A stretch of 55,151 nt of DNA, the filler included, from Jimgerdemannia flammicorona (lineage: Eukaryota): assembly GCA_003990765.1 (NCBI GenBank). It is 3 parts of 3 records of this genome, joined end to end, with 100 filler letters (N's around TTAATTAATTAA, not from the genome) between each part and the next. Parts side by side here need not be neighbours in the genome. Positions count along the whole stretch, not along the records: positions 36,844 to 55,151 come from RBNJ01002241.1; 2 more parts are not named here. One strand, given 5' to 3'. The translations under genes and the position numbers were made by a program. Below, in pieces: positions 51,804 through 55,151 of the stretch; the first letter of the stretch is position 1, and each line of letters opens with the position of its first letter. The notes under the pieces are model-generated. The model was not told the DNA's origin. It saw only the letters and a list, made by a program, of their open reading frames with translations, and ran no database searches.

Positions 51804-54197
51804 CTACACAACCTCTGCCTCCCTCCTAACCCTCTTGATGACCCTGACCACCTTCCCCACGCATTTAGTTCTTCCTTCTCTAAATAACACCTGCGCGCCA
51901 ACTCTAATATATTCGGGCGCATGCACGAACCTAAACCTGACCTCCCCCCCCTCACCCGTCCTAAGCACAGGTCCCTGCGGCGGGCTCCTTGGCGGGCTCC
52001 TCGGCAGACTATGCGGCGGGATCCCACCACCATGCTTCTTCACGGGAGTAGATTTCGACCGCGCTATGGACAACGCCCCCAACTCGCCCCGCGAGATCGG
52101 AATCGCCGGCGCCGATGGCGGGCGCAAGGGCGGGGAGGCCGAAACCCCCGGATCCGATCCTTGGAGCAGAACGGGCTCAGTATCGCCCTCGGCCTCGCCC
52201 TCTGCGTCCGGTTTGACGACGCGGACAACGCGGACGGCCTGGCGGACACTGCCGGAGTGGACCATGCCCTGGAACCCCTTCCCGAGCCCTTGGACCGGGT
52301 GGCAGAGGACGAGAAGCTCAGCGTCGAATTCATCGTAGGCGGCCGGGAAGTCGGCGCCGAGGAGGACGGCACCCTTGCGCAACCGCGACGGGTCCAGCGA
52401 GCCCAGGTCGACGGCCAGCGTAGCGGCCTGTCCCGCGTGGATGAAGGAGGCTGGCATTCGGTGCCGGTGGATCGAGCTCACGGTCACGGGGATGAAGATT
52501 CCCGAGGCGTCCGGGCCTAGGTGGTAGGTGCGCTGCGCGGGCGGGTTGTGGATGCTGATCCGGCCCGCGCGGAGGACACCGCCTAGAACCGGACCTACGT
52601 CTAGATGGGAGGGAGCGAGGGAAGCGAACAGGTGAGCATGATATATGTGGAAATAATTCGCTGAAAGGAAGGTGCAGGGACTTACCAGGCACAGCATAAA
52701 CCTCCTCAACTTGGAACTCGACCGGTTCTTCGAGTAGCTGCTCCAAATTCTTCACTGGCTTGGGCAGCAGATTGAACAGCTTATTGAGCAGATGCATGTT
52801 CGCGCCCGTGACGCTGCTAACCAAGAAGATGGGTATCTCCTTCGCATGCACCGCGAAATTCGACACCCCAACGACCAAGTCATCCTCGTTCCTCACCACG
52901 ACGGGCACCTTCCTGTTTCCGGGAGCCTTGAATAAGGTGAGTAGCTGACCGACGGTACGCTTGAGTTGGTCAGCAGTGGCGATATCGATCTTTGTGACGA
53001 CGACGAACACGGGCACAGCGAGCATGACGGCGAGGGCAAAGTGTTCGCGGGTCATGTCCGGAACCCCGCCCGCGTTGGCTGAGACGATGAGGCAGGCGTA
53101 GTCAGGAGCGTGTCCCGTGAGCCCCGCGATTGTGGTGCGAAGGTATCGCGGGTGACCGCATGTATCGAGGAAGGTGATAATCTTTGAAGAAGACTCGCAG
53201 ATCTGCTCCCAGGTGGAAATGTTTGTTGTAGCGTAGTTGACGAGTGTGCCTGCGGAGTCGTAGCCAATGATTTCATGCGAGATGCTGGACGTCCGGCCGG
53301 TTTCGATCTCATGCCGGTGGCGGAAGAGGTTAAGTCTAGCGCGTCCGCGCCCGTTGTCCTTGACCCCGTGCGTAAGGGACCCGAGCAGCGTCGACTTGCC
53401 GGCGTCCTGACCGCCCACGATCGCCACTCGGATCTCCATGAACTGCTGGTCCTCTTTGAGTCGTCGCCGGATCAGCGCTTCCACCACTTTGTTTCCTGGG
53501 TGAGATATGAGCTCCTTGGTCAGGTCGTAGCGCGACGACGCGTTGCCCGTCGTCGTATTGATCGTCGTCGGGGGTTGCTCGACTGTAACTTCACGGATGA
53601 TGGAGACATCCGCATCGAGGAAGGAGGCCATGCGTCGAAGTGTGTCGATAGAGGCGGTCATGTCATCGTTCGAAAGGCCTGATGAAGGTGGAAAATGTAT
53701 GGTCAAAAATATGAATATCGAATGCACCTTAAAAAATATTCACTTGAATTATCGGGAATAGCTAGACACGAACCGACAAATGACCCATCATCGCTCACGC
53801 CGATCTCATACATCGCTTCTCCGCCACCCTCCGCCAGTCTATGCAGTCACAAACCGCATACAATCAGCAAACCATCTAACAATCGATCAGACAGCTCTAA
53901 CCACACACACGTACCTCCATTTCAGCTGGGTCACCAGGTGCTCAAACCGCTCGGGTGAGGGGTCGACGAGCTTGAGCTGTGTGCATGAAGGTAACATGGA
54001 ACGACTCAGCCGGATTCCAAGGACGAAGTGCAGCTCTGGCTGTTCATCATGCCCTTCTCTTACTCTCATCCGGGCACCGCGGTCTCCCGGACTCTTATTC
54101 TTACCTTGTACTCTATGTTTCCTTCGTTATCAACCTCCGGCGGCAAGGACGCCGATGTTTGGCTCTGGGCTGTCCAGGGAGAAAGGGTCCTCGACAT
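51804..54197 (-). CDS. GTPBP1/GTPBP2-family translational GTPase, multi-exon
   Basis: LPPEVDNEGNIEYK|LKLVDPSPERFEHLVTQLKWR|LAEGGGEAMYEIGV, GGQDAGKSTL, RHRHEIETGRTSSI, DTCGH, TKID, and C-terminal FREGRTKCVG. Start ATG at 54197 is inferred. Confidence 0.93.
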
Positions 54198-54999
54198 GGT
54201 CCAAGATAATATCGTCTTGTCACTTGGCTTGGTGTGTGCGGGAATTGATTCCTCCTCTTCGCGTGAATTCTGCAATACGCGAAAATCTTGGGTTTCTCTT
54301 GTTATTGGGGTGCGTGGGTAACGGGTGAGGCGCAGGGAATATCCTGAGGCTCCCAAACGTCCAAAACAAGTTTAAAAGGAACGATGGGAAGGGTCTAAAA
54401 ATTAGGTGAATAGGAATCCGATGGTAAGTTGTGATGTCGCGGAAGAGGTGGGGATGTCAATGGTGGAAGTGTTTGTAATATTCAACGTGGGTGCGATATT
54501 CGGAATCTCCAGTCCATGGTTGAAGGGGGGTTACAAGCGGGAAGAAAGGAGCTAAATGGCCATTAAAGGTTCGCGATGAAAGAGTTTCCTGTTTCCTGGC
54601 AACGTGAATAGTGTAGGGGGTAGTGGATCAGTGACTGATTTATATGGCAAATGATAAACAGGTTGCGTCACCCTCCACGACATGACTCACATTGAACCCC
54701 TCTGGCTAACCTGCTGAGCCTCCCTTTATCTTTATACATTAAGACTATACACCACATGCCAGTTGCCTCTGCTTGCACTCACGCAACCTGTAAGCTTGAT
54801 TGCAGGCAATCGTATCCACGTTACGGAAAATTAAATCATGATCAATTAAACCATGATCATAGGATATTTGATCCGCTGATCAGATATCGACACGTGGCAA
54901 TAATAAGGTTACCGTGCAGGTCTCCATAACAGAAACCAATGTTCTTCCGAGGAACTTAAGCCACGAATGGTAGTGACTTTAATACCGAATTTCTATTGG

Positions 55000-55008
55000 A
55001 AAAACAAA

Positions 55009-55041
<33 letters not shown>

Positions 55042-55151
55042 AAAAAAAATTAAAAAAAAAAAAAAATATAATAAAAATTATTAAAAAATTAAAAAACATT
55101 ATAAAAAAATTAATCAATTAAAAAATTTTTTTTTTTTTTTTTTTTTTTTTT
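55000..55151. repeat. A/T low-complexity end (poly-A to poly-T)
   Basis: Homopolymer-rich terminal sequence. Confidence 0.85.

Noticed and set aside
52330..52685. Arg/Pro-rich C-terminus of the 465-aa ORF as part of the GTPase
   Set aside because: Read-through of the intron starting near 52685. The real C-terminus continues in the frame of ORF 51804-52709.
47638..54197. Secondary-metabolite or functional gene cluster
   Set aside because: No backbone enzyme is present and the neighbouring genes have unrelated housekeeping functions.

Overview
Eukaryotic, almost certainly fungal, genomic DNA. A Mucoromycota-like origin is inferred from gene style, not proven. Three segments are joined by 100-bp N-spacers carrying an artificial TTAATTAATTAA linker (18323-18422, 36744-36843), so adjacency across them may not be real. 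Bases 1-36743 are decayed, nested transposons: two inverted copies of Ty3/Gypsy family A, a ~10-kb Gypsy family B, the 3' end of a probable third family C, a Copia RT/RNaseH, several L1/Tx1-type LINE pieces, a 6-kb hAT element with 8-bp TSD inside LINE ORF1, a hAT-type foldback MITE and a Tc1/IS630-like remnant. This DNA is CpG-depleted and shows strong C->T/G->A (often CpA->TpA) hypermutation resembling RIP. Bases 36844-55151 are CpG-rich and genic: MFS transporter (partial), tRNA-Cys(GCA), an LRR/F-box-like relic, a PY-motif membrane protein, NSUN5/Rcm1, a LaeA-like methyltransferase, a PNPOx-family FMN protein and a GTPBP1/2 GTPase. Top leads are: (1) an uncharacterised accessory ORF downstream of the Gypsy integrase, apparently shared by two families; (2) a dUTPase plus ~2.5 kb of unexplained sequence inside the family B pol; (3) RIP-like mutation in a seemingly non-Dikarya genome; (4) a hAT with a second divergent ORF separated from the transposase by twin hairpins. 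TE-internal coordinates are approximate unless a TSD or terminus is cited.
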